Positions 1 through 10,441 of a DNA stretch of 61,801 nucleotides are shown one piece after another. Where the stretch lies: IMG/VR virus record IMGVR_UViG_2061766007_002667; one strand, given 5' to 3'. The notes under the pieces were generated by a model that had not been told where the DNA came from, did no database searches, and saw only the letters and a list, made by a program, of their open reading frames with translations. The position numbers and the translations under genes were made by a program. Numbering within the stretch: position 1 is the stretch's first letter; each line of letters begins with the position of its first letter. This DNA is from an uncultured virus (IMG/VR IMGVR_UViG_2061766007_002667) (Duplodnaviria > Heunggongvirae > Uroviricota > Caudoviricetes).

Positions 1-249
1 ATCATGACAAACAAAACTATGACTGTATTTGGGTTTTTTATTATAATGAAACACTTCAATATAATTTGATAAACTACATAAATATCCTAAATTAGTACTT
101 AAACATCTAGGACATCTATAAATAAAATCTTTTCCCCATTCTTCTTTTTTATTTTTTCTCAAATATAAATGCCATAATAAAAAAGCACACACCGAAGAAA
201 TAATAAAAGCAACAATCAATAAATAAAGTTCTGAAAAAAATTTAATCAT
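1..249 (-). CDS. Small membrane-anchored Zn-ribbon protein (partial, runs off the window)
   Basis: Hand translation MIKFFSELYLLIVAFIISSVCAFLLWHLYLRK...CPRC...CHD; N-terminal hydrophobic helix plus CxxC; start overlaps stop of the 242..706 gene. Confidence 0.55.
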   Translation of the reverse strand, partial: MIKFFSELYLLIVAFIISSVCAFLLWHLYLRKNKKEEWGKDFIYRCPRCLSTNLGYLCSLSNYIEVFHYNKKPKYSHSFVCHD

Positions 250-706
250 TTAATCCCCTTTCTTCAAAATAGGTAATAAATTTATCCCACACTTCATCAG
301 ATTCAGTATTGTCATCATTTAAGTCAAAAGTAATTTTCTTTAATTCTTCTAAATCTAAAGCGTTTACATCACAAGGATTATATGAACAAATACCATAATT
401 GATTTCTTCTTTTCTTGTATATGATAGTCTTAATGGTTTAAATTCTTCATATGTCAATGTTTTAATTTTAAAATCATGTGTTAGGAAACAATCCTTTTCA
501 GCATTCCATTGACCTACTTTTGTTTTATATTCAGTATGCCAAGAATCAGTTTTCCAAATCAATTGATGAGAAAAATCAAATGTTTCATATCTTTGACCAT
601 CTTCTAATTGAGATTTGGGCATAATAGGAAATACAAAACATTGTTCTTTACTAATATGATTTTTCTTTTTATATTCAATATATTTGTTTTTTAACCATTT
701 AAACAT
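242..706 (-). CDS. Hypothetical phage protein
   Basis: 154-aa ORF in a tightly coupled minus-strand run of small genes. Confidence 0.7.
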   Translation of the reverse strand: MFKWLKNKYIEYKKKNHISKEQCFVFPIMPKSQLEDGQRYETFDFSHQLIWKTDSWHTEYKTKVGQWNAEKDCFLTHDFKIKTLTYEEFKPLRLSYTRKEEINYGICSYNPCDVNALDLEELKKITFDLNDDNTESDEVWDKFITYFEERGLND

Positions 707-1016
707 TTAAAACTCCATCTTCTGCTAAAGTATTTTTTAATTTATTAAATTCTTGTTTTAGCTCATCTAAAGTTAAATTTTTATCATTAGTCATATTAAT
801 TCTACCCAAATGTTTATACCATGTAATTAATAAGCCAGTTTCAGTATCTAAAATATAAAAGTTATCATCATATCTAGTTAAAATAAATCCATAAGAACTA
901 TATCCAGATGTTAACAAATCAAAAAGTTTACCATATTGTTCACTTGTAAATACTTCATTAAAAATATTACAAAAATCTTCTCTTTCAAAATGATATTGTT
1001 CCATAGTATCAAACAT
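699..1016 (-). CDS. Hypothetical phage protein
   Basis: 105-aa ORF, GGAG RBS upstream. Confidence 0.7.
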   Translation of the reverse strand: MFDTMEQYHFEREDFCNIFNEVFTSEQYGKLFDLLTSGYSSYGFILTRYDDNFYILDTETGLLITWYKHLGRINMTNDKNLTLDELKQEFNKLKNTLAEDGVLNV

Positions 1017-1028
1017 TTTATATCTCCC

Positions 1029-1379
1029 TCATAAATCAACTTGCTGTTCTTGTCCTTTAAGCCTGCTAATTTCTTTTAGTAATCTTTTGTTATAAATTTC
1101 AATTACTTTTGTATATATACTTAATTCTTCATCATCTGTATGGAATGCGTTATATATTTCTACTTGGATTTTATGATCATCAAACAAGTATTCTTTTTTA
1201 CCTAGTGCTTTGAATAATTTCTCTAAACTTTTATAATCTTCACCATCACCAGCAAAATGCGATAACCTAAAAGTATCATTTCTGTTTTTTATTATATGTA
1301 AACTAACTTGAGATGTTTTCTTATATAAGATGTGTTCATATGCATCTTTTAAATCTAATAAATCGTTTATCTTATTCAT
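1029..1379 (-). CDS. Hypothetical phage protein
   Basis: 116-aa ORF, ATGA overlap with upstream gene. Confidence 0.7.
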   Translation of the reverse strand: MNKINDLLDLKDAYEHILYKKTSQVSLHIIKNRNDTFRLSHFAGDGEDYKSLEKLFKALGKKEYLFDDHKIQVEIYNAFHTDDEELSIYTKVIEIYNKRLLKEISRLKGQEQQVDL

Positions 1380-1804
1380 TCTTTATTCTCCAATAAATCT
1401 ACGTTTTTGTGAATGTTACTGACGACTTCAATTTCTCTTAATGAAGTACAAAACATTTTTTCAATCATTGACACATTTTCGGGAGTTTTGGGGTTGTGTA
1501 AGTGCATATAAAAGCCTTTACAATTTGCTTCAAAAGATGCTGTGTTTGTATATTCAACAACCCCAATAAAAGGCTTTTTTCTTGAGCTTTTATCTATAAT
1601 TTTTACAATATCGCCCTCATAAATCAGCTTTCCATTCTTATCCTTTAAGCCAGTGCATTGCTCAATAATACATCCACCTGAAATATATTCTTCAAAAATC
1701 TTATTTACACAAGTAACTTGTAAATCACCGGCTTCGTAGTATAAATCATCTTCATATTTGTTATTTTCTTTGTCCCAAACTCTAAACTTAAATCTATCGT
1801 TCAT
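1376..1804 (-). CDS. YopX family protein
   Basis: FKFRVWDK...EQCTGLKDKNGKLIYEGDIV...EVVSNIHKNVDLLE, the typical YopX signature. Confidence 0.9.
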   Translation of the reverse strand: MNDRFKFRVWDKENNKYEDDLYYEAGDLQVTCVNKIFEEYISGGCIIEQCTGLKDKNGKLIYEGDIVKIIDKSSRKKPFIGVVEYTNTASFEANCKGFYMHLHNPKTPENVSMIEKMFCTSLREIEVVSNIHKNVDLLENKE

Positions 1805-2214
1805 TCTTCATTCTCTTCTATAATATTCATGTCTTTTTCAGTTAAAACAATCATTTGTCCATCTTCAGGAATTATTTGTAATACAGCTTGTCTAATGCCA
1901 CAGCGGTTACCTAATTTTTCTGGAATATGAAACCACCAATCTCTAATCTTTTGACAATCTTTTTTATCGAAATCTCTTAAATCTCCAAAAAAGGTAACTG
2001 TTCGCATATAAGCGGAAGATTCGTCATCATTTCTATCAATGACTTCTACATCAATACTTCCTTCAGATCCTCTAGGCAAATTACCTTGCTTATTTGGATG
2101 ATACCAAGTATCCCTTATAAATATTTTTGATAAATCAAGTCCACCAGATAAACTAAATAACTTATTCATATCATCGATTCTAATACAACCAGCAACATGT
2201 GTCCAACAACTCAT
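1801..2214 (-). CDS. Conserved hypothetical phage protein
   Basis: 137-aa ORF (MSCWTHVAGCIRID...LPRGSEGS...FGDLRD), ATGA overlaps on both sides. Confidence 0.75.
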   Translation of the reverse strand: MSCWTHVAGCIRIDDMNKLFSLSGGLDLSKIFIRDTWYHPNKQGNLPRGSEGSIDVEVIDRNDDESSAYMRTVTFFGDLRDFDKKDCQKIRDWWFHIPEKLGNRCGIRQAVLQIIPEDGQMIVLTEKDMNIIEENEE

Positions 2215-2399
2215 TTTTTATATTCCTTTTCTACCAATTTCATTTCAAATAATGCTTCTTCTGCAATTTTATATCCGTTGGAATAAAAAGCACATTTAGG
2301 ATGTGAATTAACAAAGTCTTCAACATAGCAATCGTCCCACAGATCTTTTCTTGCATATTCTTCTAAAGCTTTTTCAGCTATTTCTAATTGTTTCTTCAT
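2211..2399 (-). CDS. Hypothetical protein; may extend upstream into the N gap
   Basis: 62-aa ORF coupled to the next gene. Confidence 0.55.
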   Translation of the reverse strand: MKKQLEIAEKALEEYARKDLWDDCYVEDFVNSHPKCAFYSNGYKIAEEALFEMKLVEKEYKK

Positions 2400-2727
2400 T
2401 TTTTTAATTTCAATATCTTTATCATCAAGAGCCGCAAGTGCACGAAAATAATTTTNNNNNNNNNNNNNNNNNNNNNNNNNNNNNNNNNNNNNNNNNNNNN
2501 NNNNNNNNNNNNNNNNNNNNNNNNNNNNNNNNNNNNNNNNNNNNNNNNNNNNNNNNNNNNNNNNNNNNNNNNNNNNNNNNNNNNNNNNNNNNNNNNNNNN
2601 NNNNNNNNNNNNNNNNNNNNNNNNNNNNNNNNNNNNNNNNNNNNNNNNNNNNNNNNNNNNNNNNNNNNNNNNNNNNNNNNNNNNNNTTTTTAATTATTCA
2701 CCCTATAATATATAAAAATGATAAAAA

Positions 2728-3132
2728 ATGAGAACAAATTCAAAATTAGACGCTGAAACAAAAATGGAGCTTTTAATAAAATTAGCTTTTGGATTGTCAA
2801 TAGAAGATTTAGCTGAAGAATATAATTTAACGAAACCAAAAATTATAAATTTACGCAAAAATAATTATTTACGTTATAATGAATTTTTTGAACATTGGAA
2901 AATTGATAAAACCGTTGCAGCATTAGGATTAACTCCAAAATATGAAAGGGCTTTATCAGTAGTAAAAAAGTTTTATAAATCAAAAATTAAAATTTTAGCA
3001 GAAGGTTCTATTCTTTATGAAGATAAATTTTGTACAATGAATGATATTATTGATTTGGCAGATTATGTCTTAAGAAAAGATGGAATTACAAATTTTAAAA
3101 GTTTACCAATAACAATGAAAAACCATTATTAA
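2728..3132 (+). CDS. Putative HTH DNA-binding protein
   Basis: N-terminal GLSIEDLAEEYNLTKPKI resembles a helix-turn-helix. Confidence 0.55.
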   Translation: MRTNSKLDAETKMELLIKLAFGLSIEDLAEEYNLTKPKIINLRKNNYLRYNEFFEHWKIDKTVAALGLTPKYERALSVVKKFYKSKIKILAEGSILYEDKFCTMNDIIDLADYVLRKDGITNFKSLPITMKNHY

Positions 3133-3148
3133 AAGAGGGATAAATTAA

Positions 3149-3554
3149 ATGGCTATCGAACAAAAAATAATTGATATTTCAACAAATGAAGATTATGCTT
3201 CTAAGCAAAAATGGGCAGAAGCAACTCCTGGCGTGTTTATGAATATGCTTGCTGGTGTTAGATATGATACACTTACTAATAAATATGTAATGGCACCTAT
3301 TCAATATAGTACAGTTAATTTAGAGGGTGAAAAAATTAAATTTAACGGTGGTCAAGAATTAATAGTTGTTTTTTCTTGTTTAGCATCAGAATATGCAAAT
3401 AAAAAAGAAGTTTATAAAAANNNNNNNNNNNTTAATAAAATCATATAAAGACCAAAAACAATTAGAAGCGTATATCGCAACTAATAATACAGATCTTAAA
3501 AAACTTCGTAAAGAAGGTTTGTTACAAAATGAAGATGAATTAAAAGATGAGTAG
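3149..3554 (+). CDS. Hypothetical protein (spans small N gap)
   Basis: ORF with GAGG RBS; open reading resumes after the gap to TAG at 3552-3554. Confidence 0.6.
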
Positions 3555-3831
3555 TAATTATTCTAAAATTAAAACCATTTCAGAAGATACCGGTTTATCA
3601 GAAACCGTTGTAGCAAAGGTACTTTATGATTATTTATGCTGGTGTATGGAAGAAGTTTTAATTGATGGAAAAAGCAAAACTCTTTTTGGTGAATTAACTT
3701 TAAATGAAAACAATAGATTTAAATTAGAAAATGATAAAGGTGGTTTAATTGAACTTTTAAATAAGTCTGACATTAAAATGATACGTAAAATATGTGAAAA
3801 TGGTCCAGATGTACATATTTTTGATTATTAG
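3547..3831 (+). CDS. Divergent HU/IHF-like DNA-binding protein
   Basis: ISEDTGLSETVVAKVL...GKSKTLFGELTL follows the HU helix-helix-FG-strand pattern. Confidence 0.45.
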   Translation: MSSNYSKIKTISEDTGLSETVVAKVLYDYLCWCMEEVLIDGKSKTLFGELTLNENNRFKLENDKGGLIELLNKSDIKMIRKICENGPDVHIFDY

Positions 3832-3843
3832 GAAGTTTTTAAT

Positions 3844-4060
3844 ATGATATATACAGAATTTCAAGCAGATGAAGATTTAAAAGACATAATAGAAGAAACT
3901 TTTAATAGTTGTGAAACAAATAAAGATGAAATTAGATGGCTTATAACTATTTTAAGAGNNNNNNNNNNNNNNNNNTTGTACTGAAAATTATAAGTTAAAT
4001 CTTTGGCAATATCAGATGTATCCAATTATTAAAAAATATAGAAAAAAATGGAAATTATAA
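3844..4060 (+). CDS. Hypothetical protein (spans small N gap; not in ORF track)
   Basis: MIYTEFQADEDLKDIIEE... then CTENYKLNLWQYQMYPIIKKYRKKWKL* ending just before ATG 4061. Confidence 0.5.
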
Positions 4061-4552
4061 ATGGCTGAAAAGAAAAAAAGAGGAGAATTTACATTATCTC
4101 ATGAAGAGTTAGCTTCTACTGAAATGGTTTTAACTGTTTTTACTATGTTAGAAAGTCGAGGCTATCCTGGTTTTAGGGAATTAATGACTATTGTAGATGA
4201 TCCTGTGCTTATTTTAAAAATTATACGTTTTTTATATGGTATGAATTTAAAAGTACCGCCTTTAAAAGAATTCATTGACTGTTTACAGGCTGCAGAATAT
4301 GCTTTTTGTGATATGCATAAAAATGTAAATATGGTACTTCCAGCTAAGTATAAAGATATACGTCAATTTTTAAATATTGATGAAAAAAGAGAAGCTGAAT
4401 TATTTGAAATTTATGATAATTGGGTAAAATATATGCATGATGAAGGCTACGATGTTAGAGATTATATGCATATTAATAGAAGTTCAACCAAAAAACGTAT
4501 TGAATTAGCTGTAAAAGGAAAGCTAAAAACTAAACAAACTAAGGTAAAGTAA
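4061..4552 (+). CDS. Hypothetical protein, weak Mor-like transcription-activator motif
   Basis: LKIIRFLYGMNLKVP resembles the Mor-family xxFGGxxIYIP motif. Confidence 0.4.
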   Translation: MAEKKKRGEFTLSHEELASTEMVLTVFTMLESRGYPGFRELMTIVDDPVLILKIIRFLYGMNLKVPPLKEFIDCLQAAEYAFCDMHKNVNMVLPAKYKDIRQFLNIDEKREAELFEIYDNWVKYMHDEGYDVRDYMHINRSSTKKRIELAVKGKLKTKQTKVK

Positions 4553-4556
4553 TACA

Positions 4557-4570
4557 GTTCTAAATAAATA
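4557..4570 (+). promoter_or_regulatory. Putative late promoter (GTTCTA+AT-rich), upstream of terminase genes
   Basis: GTTCTAAATAAATA; one of 16 intergenic co-oriented copies. Confidence 0.65.
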
Positions 4571-4597
4571 GTAATAAAAGCAACGGATTAAAGAAAA

Positions 4598-5296
4598 ATG
4601 CCAAATAATGATTTACCAAAAATATGGAATGAAGATTTAATTTATGATCCAGAAACTGGTGAAATTATAGATAATACACCTGCTCAAGATTTAATTCCTA
4701 TTGAAGAATCAAAACCATTACCAACAATAGCTGAACAGAAAAAAGCCGTTGCTGATAGTGATATATCTGAAGAAAGCAAAGGTATGCTTGATTCACTTAT
4801 TGAAATGAATGGTATTGCTCAAGTATTAGAAATCACTCGTAATACAGAAATGGCAGAACAAAGAAGAAATGTTATTGGTGCATGGTGTGAAAATTTTATT
4901 GGTGCTAGATTAAGAAATAATGTTGCAGCAGAGAAACTTAAAGCTGCATTAATAGATAGACTTCTAGTCAATGTAAATGAATTGGATTTAGAAACATCTT
5001 CTAGAATTCTTAATGATTTACAGCAAACAATGTCTGTAGATAGTCAACAAGCCATGGCTATGATAAATGGAGGTTCTGCTGGAGGATTTAACTCAGGGCA
5101 AGGTGGTGTTAATCTTGTTATTAATAATGCAACTTCAGAAGGTGCCAGTATTACAAATCAAACTTTAAATACAACACCTCAACAAGTCGGACAATTAAAA
5201 GAGGTAGCAGCAATGAATACTTCTATAAAAGCATGGTCTAATATTCCATTACCAAAAAAGAATACAATAAATGCTGAATTTATTGAGAAAAAATAA
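4598..5296 (+). CDS. Putative terminase small subunit
   Basis: Directly upstream of and coupled (TAATG) to the large terminase; helical core followed by a low-complexity N/T/Q-rich tail. Confidence 0.5.
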   Translation: MPNNDLPKIWNEDLIYDPETGEIIDNTPAQDLIPIEESKPLPTIAEQKKAVADSDISEESKGMLDSLIEMNGIAQVLEITRNTEMAEQRRNVIGAWCENFIGARLRNNVAAEKLKAALIDRLLVNVNELDLETSSRILNDLQQTMSVDSQQAMAMINGGSAGGFNSGQGGVNLVINNATSEGASITNQTLNTTPQQVGQLKEVAAMNTSIKAWSNIPLPKKNTINAEFIEKK

Positions 5297-7489
5297 TGGA
5301 AACAATACCAATAAATATAGAAAGGCTAATAGAAGACTTACCAATACTATCTTTTGAAAATTCAGAAGATTTTCAAAAAGTAATTGTTTCTCCGCAATTT
5401 AGTGAAATATTTAATTTTTATAAACAAAACTATTTACCAGATGTATTAAAAACTAAACCAGAAATTTATCAAAGAGTTAGCTTATATTTAACTCTCACTA
5501 ATCAAAGCAATCAATTTACTGAACAAACTGATCAAGTATTATATAAAAGAAATTGTCCATCTATAGAAGAATTTATGACAAATAAGTTTTTTATGGGTTA
5601 TTCGAATGCAACTTTATACCCATGGTGGAAAGAAAGGTTGGAAGAAATTTTTAAAACAGGCTCTCCTATTCGAAAAGCAATATTTTCCGGAGCTATTGGT
5701 ACAGGTAAATCAACAGTGGCTCGTAAAGNNNNNNNNNNNNNNNNNNNNNNNNNNNNNNNNNNNNNNNNNNNNNNNNNNNNNNNNNNNNNTGCTACAATAG
5801 CAAATGTAGTTATTGCTACTACATTAAAACAAGTATATGAAGTAAATTTACTTCCTTTTGTAAAATTAATGGAAACTATGCCATGTTTTCAACGAGTATT
5901 ATCACAAAGATCTTTTGAAAATTTTGATTTAAATGATCAAAGATGTCCAATTCCATTTNNNNNNNNNNNNNNNNNNNNNNNNNNNNNNNNNNNNNNNNNN
6001 NNNNNNNNNNNNNNNNNNNNNNNNNNNNNNNNNNNNNNNNNNNNNNNNNNNNNNNNNNNNNNNNNNNNNNNNNNNNNNNNNNNNNNNNNNNNNNNNNNNN
6101 NNNNNNNNNNNNNNNNNNNNNNNNNNNNNNNNNNNNNNNNNNNNNNNNNNNNNNNNNNNNNNNNNNNNNNNNNNNNNNNNNNNNNNNNNNNNNNNNNNNN
6201 NNNNNNNNNNNNNNNNNNNNNNNNNNNNNNNNNNNNNNNNNNNNNNNNNNNNNNNNNNNNNNNNNNNNNNNNNNNNNNNNNNNNATTCTATCGATAACGA
6301 AGGAAACAAAGAAAAAGCTTTAATAACAGATGTAAAAATCACAGGCTATAAAAAAGAGTTGATAAGAATATATTATGATGATCAACGATACGTAGAATGT
6401 ACTCCAGAACATCCGTTTGTAATAAGTAATCCCAAAAAAGACGATAAATACATTATCTATGAAAACGGAATAGCTTATAAACAAGCTCAATATCTGACAG
6501 AAGATGACGAAATATTGTCAGAAAACGATTCTTTTGTATACACTTTAATTGACAATAGACCGAATTCGAAAAACTTCAATGAACCTTTTTATGTAGGTAT
6601 AAGCTCTCATGACAATACCATAGCTAAAGCTCATTCAGCTAGATTTCAAAGACCTTATGCTCATTTCACAAGAAAATCGATGAAAACTTGTAAAAATCGC
6701 ATTAAAAACTCTATAGTAAAAGATATTTTAGATAACAATTTAAAACCAGAAATACGAATAGTTAAGAAAAACATTACGCTAGAAGAAGCTTTTGATATAG
6801 AAAAGTCTTTAATAAGAAAATATGGAAAATTGATAGATAAAAGTGGCATCTTGGCTAACATAAGTGAAGGTGGAGAAGGTATAATTTTAACTACACCAGA
6901 TATAATTACCAAAAAGAGCGAAAATTTAAAAAAGACTTTGAAAGAAAAAAGAGAAAGGATCAGAAAAAAGAGAGAAGCAGAATGGAAAGAAACAACAAGT
7001 AGTAAATTTTGGAACTATGCGTTGATGTTAGTTTGTATAAATCACCAGCGTGAGTGTCATTTGAATAGAGTAAACGGCATATCAGAAAAAACTAGAAAAG
7101 CGAGTAGTCAAAGAATGATTCATTATAACAAGTCGTTGAAACACCGTCAATTAACTGCTCATTACAATTCTGTTAAGCCAAAAGTATCTAGTGAAGAAAG
7201 TAGAAAAAAACTTTCTGCTAGTCAATCAGCTACTTGGAAAAGAAAATCGCAAGAAGATAAAACCAGAGACAATATAAATAAAAGTTTAGGTAGAGCTTGG
7301 AATGTATTAGTCCGTATAGAGAATAACACAATAAACGAAGAAATATTCGATTCACACAGATCAAAAGGATCTAGATTAGCAAGTACAGAACCTCTTTGGA
7401 AAACCATAGTAGAAAAAGTAGGAAGCATTGAATTATTTTTGAAATTGATTAAAGAGCGATACGGAAAGGAATTTGTCTATGAAGATTAA
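5296..7489 (+). CDS. terL: Terminase large subunit N-part + N-intein + GIY-YIG homing endonuclease (joined across N gap 5959-6284)
   Basis: Walker A GAIGTGKS; intein block B VECTPEHPF and IntN end AQYLTEDDEIL; then FVYTL...PFYVG...R.YAH...IEKSLI...LANISEGGEG and NUMOD3-like SEESRKKLS; stop at 7487-7489. The extein/intein junction is hidden in the gap. Confidence 0.75.
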
Positions 7490-7607
7490 GAAGATAGAAA
7501 AGATAACGTTAGATAAGCCTGTTCCTGTATACGATTTGACAGTGAATAACAAAAACCATAATTTCGCGTTGAGCATAGATAATGGAATGTCGATATATTG
7601 TCATAAT
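6285..7607 (+). mobile_element. Split intein with GIY-YIG endonuclease fused to IntN
   Basis: IntN visible 6285-~6517, endonuclease ~6533-7489, IntC 7479-7607 (MKIKKIEKI...VYDLTV...HNF...YCHN) followed by Cys+1. Confidence 0.8.
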
Positions 7608-8837
7608 TGTGATGAAATTAATGACCAAGGATTAGAAAATGCTATTGCTTTATTAAATACCTTAGATAACAGATTTGCCTCGCGTTTTCAAGGATCTGAC
7701 TATGTATTTCAATCAGTTGTTTCATCTGCACGTACAACAAACAGCGCCTTAGGTGAATATATTAGGCATTTGCCGAAAGATGATCCTTCCATATTAAAGT
7801 TAAGCCCTATGCTTTGGGAAGTTAAACCAGATCCTAACTTTATTGGTGATGGCACTACATTTCCAGTAATGGTTGGCAACGGTAGTATTCCTAGTAAAAT
7901 TTTTACAGATCCTGGGGAATTAAAAGCAATCGAAGATGGTAATTATGAATTACCAACAGGATGTGAAATCATTCATGTTCCAACGGTATATCGTTCTAAG
8001 TTCGAATTACAATTGGATCAGTCTATACAAGATATTGCTGGTATGACTACTTCTGATAATAATTCACTTTTTCGTAATACTATGCTACTTGAAGATACTG
8101 CAATTACTCCAGAAATACAATTAGAAGTAAATCTTGGTGATAATATAGATATTCTTGATTTATTGACACCATATAATCTTTTTGAGCAAAATATTACAGG
8201 TAAATGGCAATTTAAAAGAGCTCCTACTGCGCAACGCTATATACATAATGATTTAGCAGGTGGTGGTGAAAATCATTGTGATGCTTCTTTATGTATAATG
8301 CATAAAGAATGGAAATTAAATGAAGTAACAAATCAAAAAGATACTGTTTATATCGTTGATTTAATTTTAGCTATTAATGCAAAAAATAAAATTGATATAC
8401 ATGCTATACAAACTTTTTTAATAAATTTAGTAGTAGAACGTAATATTCCAATTCATACAGTATCAAGTGATCAATGGAATGGTGAAATTTTTTTACAAAA
8501 TCTTGAATCATCTGGATGTTTTCAAGAAGTTAAAAAAATATCAGTTGATAATAAACTTGAACCTTATATGAATTGCGTTAGAGAAATAGAAGCAGGACAC
8601 ATTAAAACAGGTATATGCCCAAAATTAAAAAAAGAATTAGAATCATTAATATTACTTAAAGGTAAAGTTACTAAAACAACAGAACTAAAAGACATGGCCG
8701 ATTCTTTAACTGGAGCGCTTTATAATGCTCAATTAAATTATAACGATGTACCACAATTTGAATATAAGCAAAAAGAAATTAAAGAATTTACATATGAAGA
8801 TTTATTGGAACAAAACGAACATTTGCTCAGTTTTTGA
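7479..8837 (+). CDS. terL: C-intein + terminase large subunit C-part (Walker B, coupling motif, RNase H-like nuclease)
   Basis: AAAGGA RBS 8 nt before ATG 7479; HN/C then DE (Walker B), VVSSA, YIHNDLA, SSDQWN, KDMADSLTGA. Confidence 0.85.
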   Translation: MKIKKIEKITLDKPVPVYDLTVNNKNHNFALSIDNGMSIYCHNCDEINDQGLENAIALLNTLDNRFASRFQGSDYVFQSVVSSARTTNSALGEYIRHLPKDDPSILKLSPMLWEVKPDPNFIGDGTTFPVMVGNGSIPSKIFTDPGELKAIEDGNYELPTGCEIIHVPTVYRSKFELQLDQSIQDIAGMTTSDNNSLFRNTMLLEDTAITPEIQLEVNLGDNIDILDLLTPYNLFEQNITGKWQFKRAPTAQRYIHNDLAGGGENHCDASLCIMHKEWKLNEVTNQKDTVYIVDLILAINAKNKIDIHAIQTFLINLVVERNIPIHTVSSDQWNGEIFLQNLESSGCFQEVKKISVDNKLEPYMNCVREIEAGHIKTGICPKLKKELESLILLKGKVTKTTELKDMADSLTGALYNAQLNYNDVPQFEYKQKEIKEFTYEDLLEQNEHLLSF

Positions 8838-9146
8838 TTGTTCTGGTATTATTTTAAGCTGTAAAGACAAATCATTTTTATCCAAAGTTAATTTTACACT
8901 ATACTTAAAATCTTGATATTTAGTACGTAATATTTCATTTACTTTTTTATGACTTTTATAAATTTTAAATAAAACTTCAGCTTCTTCTTTACAATTAATA
9001 TTATATGCTTTAAGTAAAACATAAAGACATTCTTCTATTAAATTTGTCATAGTTTCTTTAGTATTTAATTTATAATAATACCCATGTATTGTAGTCCTTA
9101 AATCATTAATTACTTCAGAAGTTAACCATTTTATGCTATTTTTCAT
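8802..9146 (-). CDS. Hypothetical protein
   Basis: 114-aa ORF convergent with terL, AGG RBS. Confidence 0.55.
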   Translation of the reverse strand: MKNSIKWLTSEVINDLRTTIHGYYYKLNTKETMTNLIEECLYVLLKAYNINCKEEAEVLFKIYKSHKKVNEILRTKYQDFKYSVKLTLDKNDLSLQLKIIPEQSKTEQMFVLFQ

Positions 9147-9681
9147 TTTTTATATTACCTTCTATAATCTTATTTACTTGTTCATAGTCTTCTTGATATA
9201 TTCTTAATAAATTNNNNNNNNNNNNNNNNNNNNNNNNNNNNNNNNNNNNNNNNNNNNNNNNNNNNNNNNNNNNNNNNNNNNNNNNNNNNNNNNNNNNNNN
9301 NNNNNNNNNNNNNNNNNNNNNNNNNNNNNNNNNNNNNNNNNNNNNNNNNNNNNNNNNNNNNNNNNNNNNNNNNNNNNNNNNNNNNNNNNNNNNNNNNNNN
9401 NNNNNNNNNNNNNNNNNNNNNNNNNNNNNNNNNNNNNNNNNNNNNNNNNNNNNNNNNNNNNNNNNNNNNNNNNNNNNNNNNNNNNNNNNNNNNNNNNNNN
9501 NNNNNNNNNNNNNNNNNNNNNNNNNNNNNNNNNNNNNNNNNNNNNNNNNNNNNNNNNNNNNNNNNNNNNNNNNNNNNNNNNNNNNNNNNNNNNNNNNNNN
9601 NNNNNNNNNNNNNNNNNNNNNNNNNNNNNNNNNNNNNNNNNNNNNNNNNNNNNNNNNNNNNNNNNNNNNNNNNNNNNNNNN

Positions 9682-10362
9682 TATGTAGTACAAAAGAAGT
9701 AAACGCAGAACCTAATTATAATATTTTGTATAATAAAGAAAGTTTAGTTGCAAAATATGAACATGGTGGTAAAGAATATCAAGCTATAGGTAAAGACAGT
9801 TATGGTGGATATTCTTATGGTAAATGGCAAATTTCAACAAAAAGATATGATGAAAAACCTTCTACCTTTGATTTCTTTTTGAAATACACCAAAAAACATT
9901 CACCAACTTTTTATAAGCAATTAGAAGAAGCTGGCGGTTATAAAGGAGCATTTTTTGGAGAAAAAGATTTTATTAAAGTATGGAAAGCTTTAGCTTTAAA
10001 TAAAGAATTTCAATTAATTTATGATAATTTTATAATTGATACTCAGATTATTCCAGTCTATGAAAGATTAAATAATTCAAAAGATATAAAATTAATACAA
10101 ATAAATGATTGGGGTTTAAAAGATGAAGTAATTCGTGCTGCTTTAGAATCTTTAATTATTCAACATGGTTCAGGTGGTGCTTATAATATGATAAAAATTA
10201 TTATAAATGATTATAATCCTGAAACCAAAGAAATGTTTTTAAAATACATTTATNNNNNNNNNNNNNNNNNNNNNNNNNNNNNNNNNNNNNNNNNNNNNNN
10301 NNTATAATTTAGAATATGCAGAATTAAATCAATATCTTCTTGAGGAAAAATCAAATAGCTAA
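9682..10362 (+). CDS. Lysozyme-like peptidoglycan hydrolase (VgrG3 C-terminal-like); start in N gap
   Basis: KYEHGG...D.YGGYSYGKWQIST and IQHGSGGA motifs; frame is open back to the gap (CSTKEVNAEP) and ends at TAA 10360-10362. Confidence 0.65.
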
Positions 10363-10441
10363 ATGATAAACTTTGTTCGACATAACACTAATATTTAAAT
10401 ACTTGTTTCTTTAAAAAATTGATAACTTTAATAAAGAGGGA

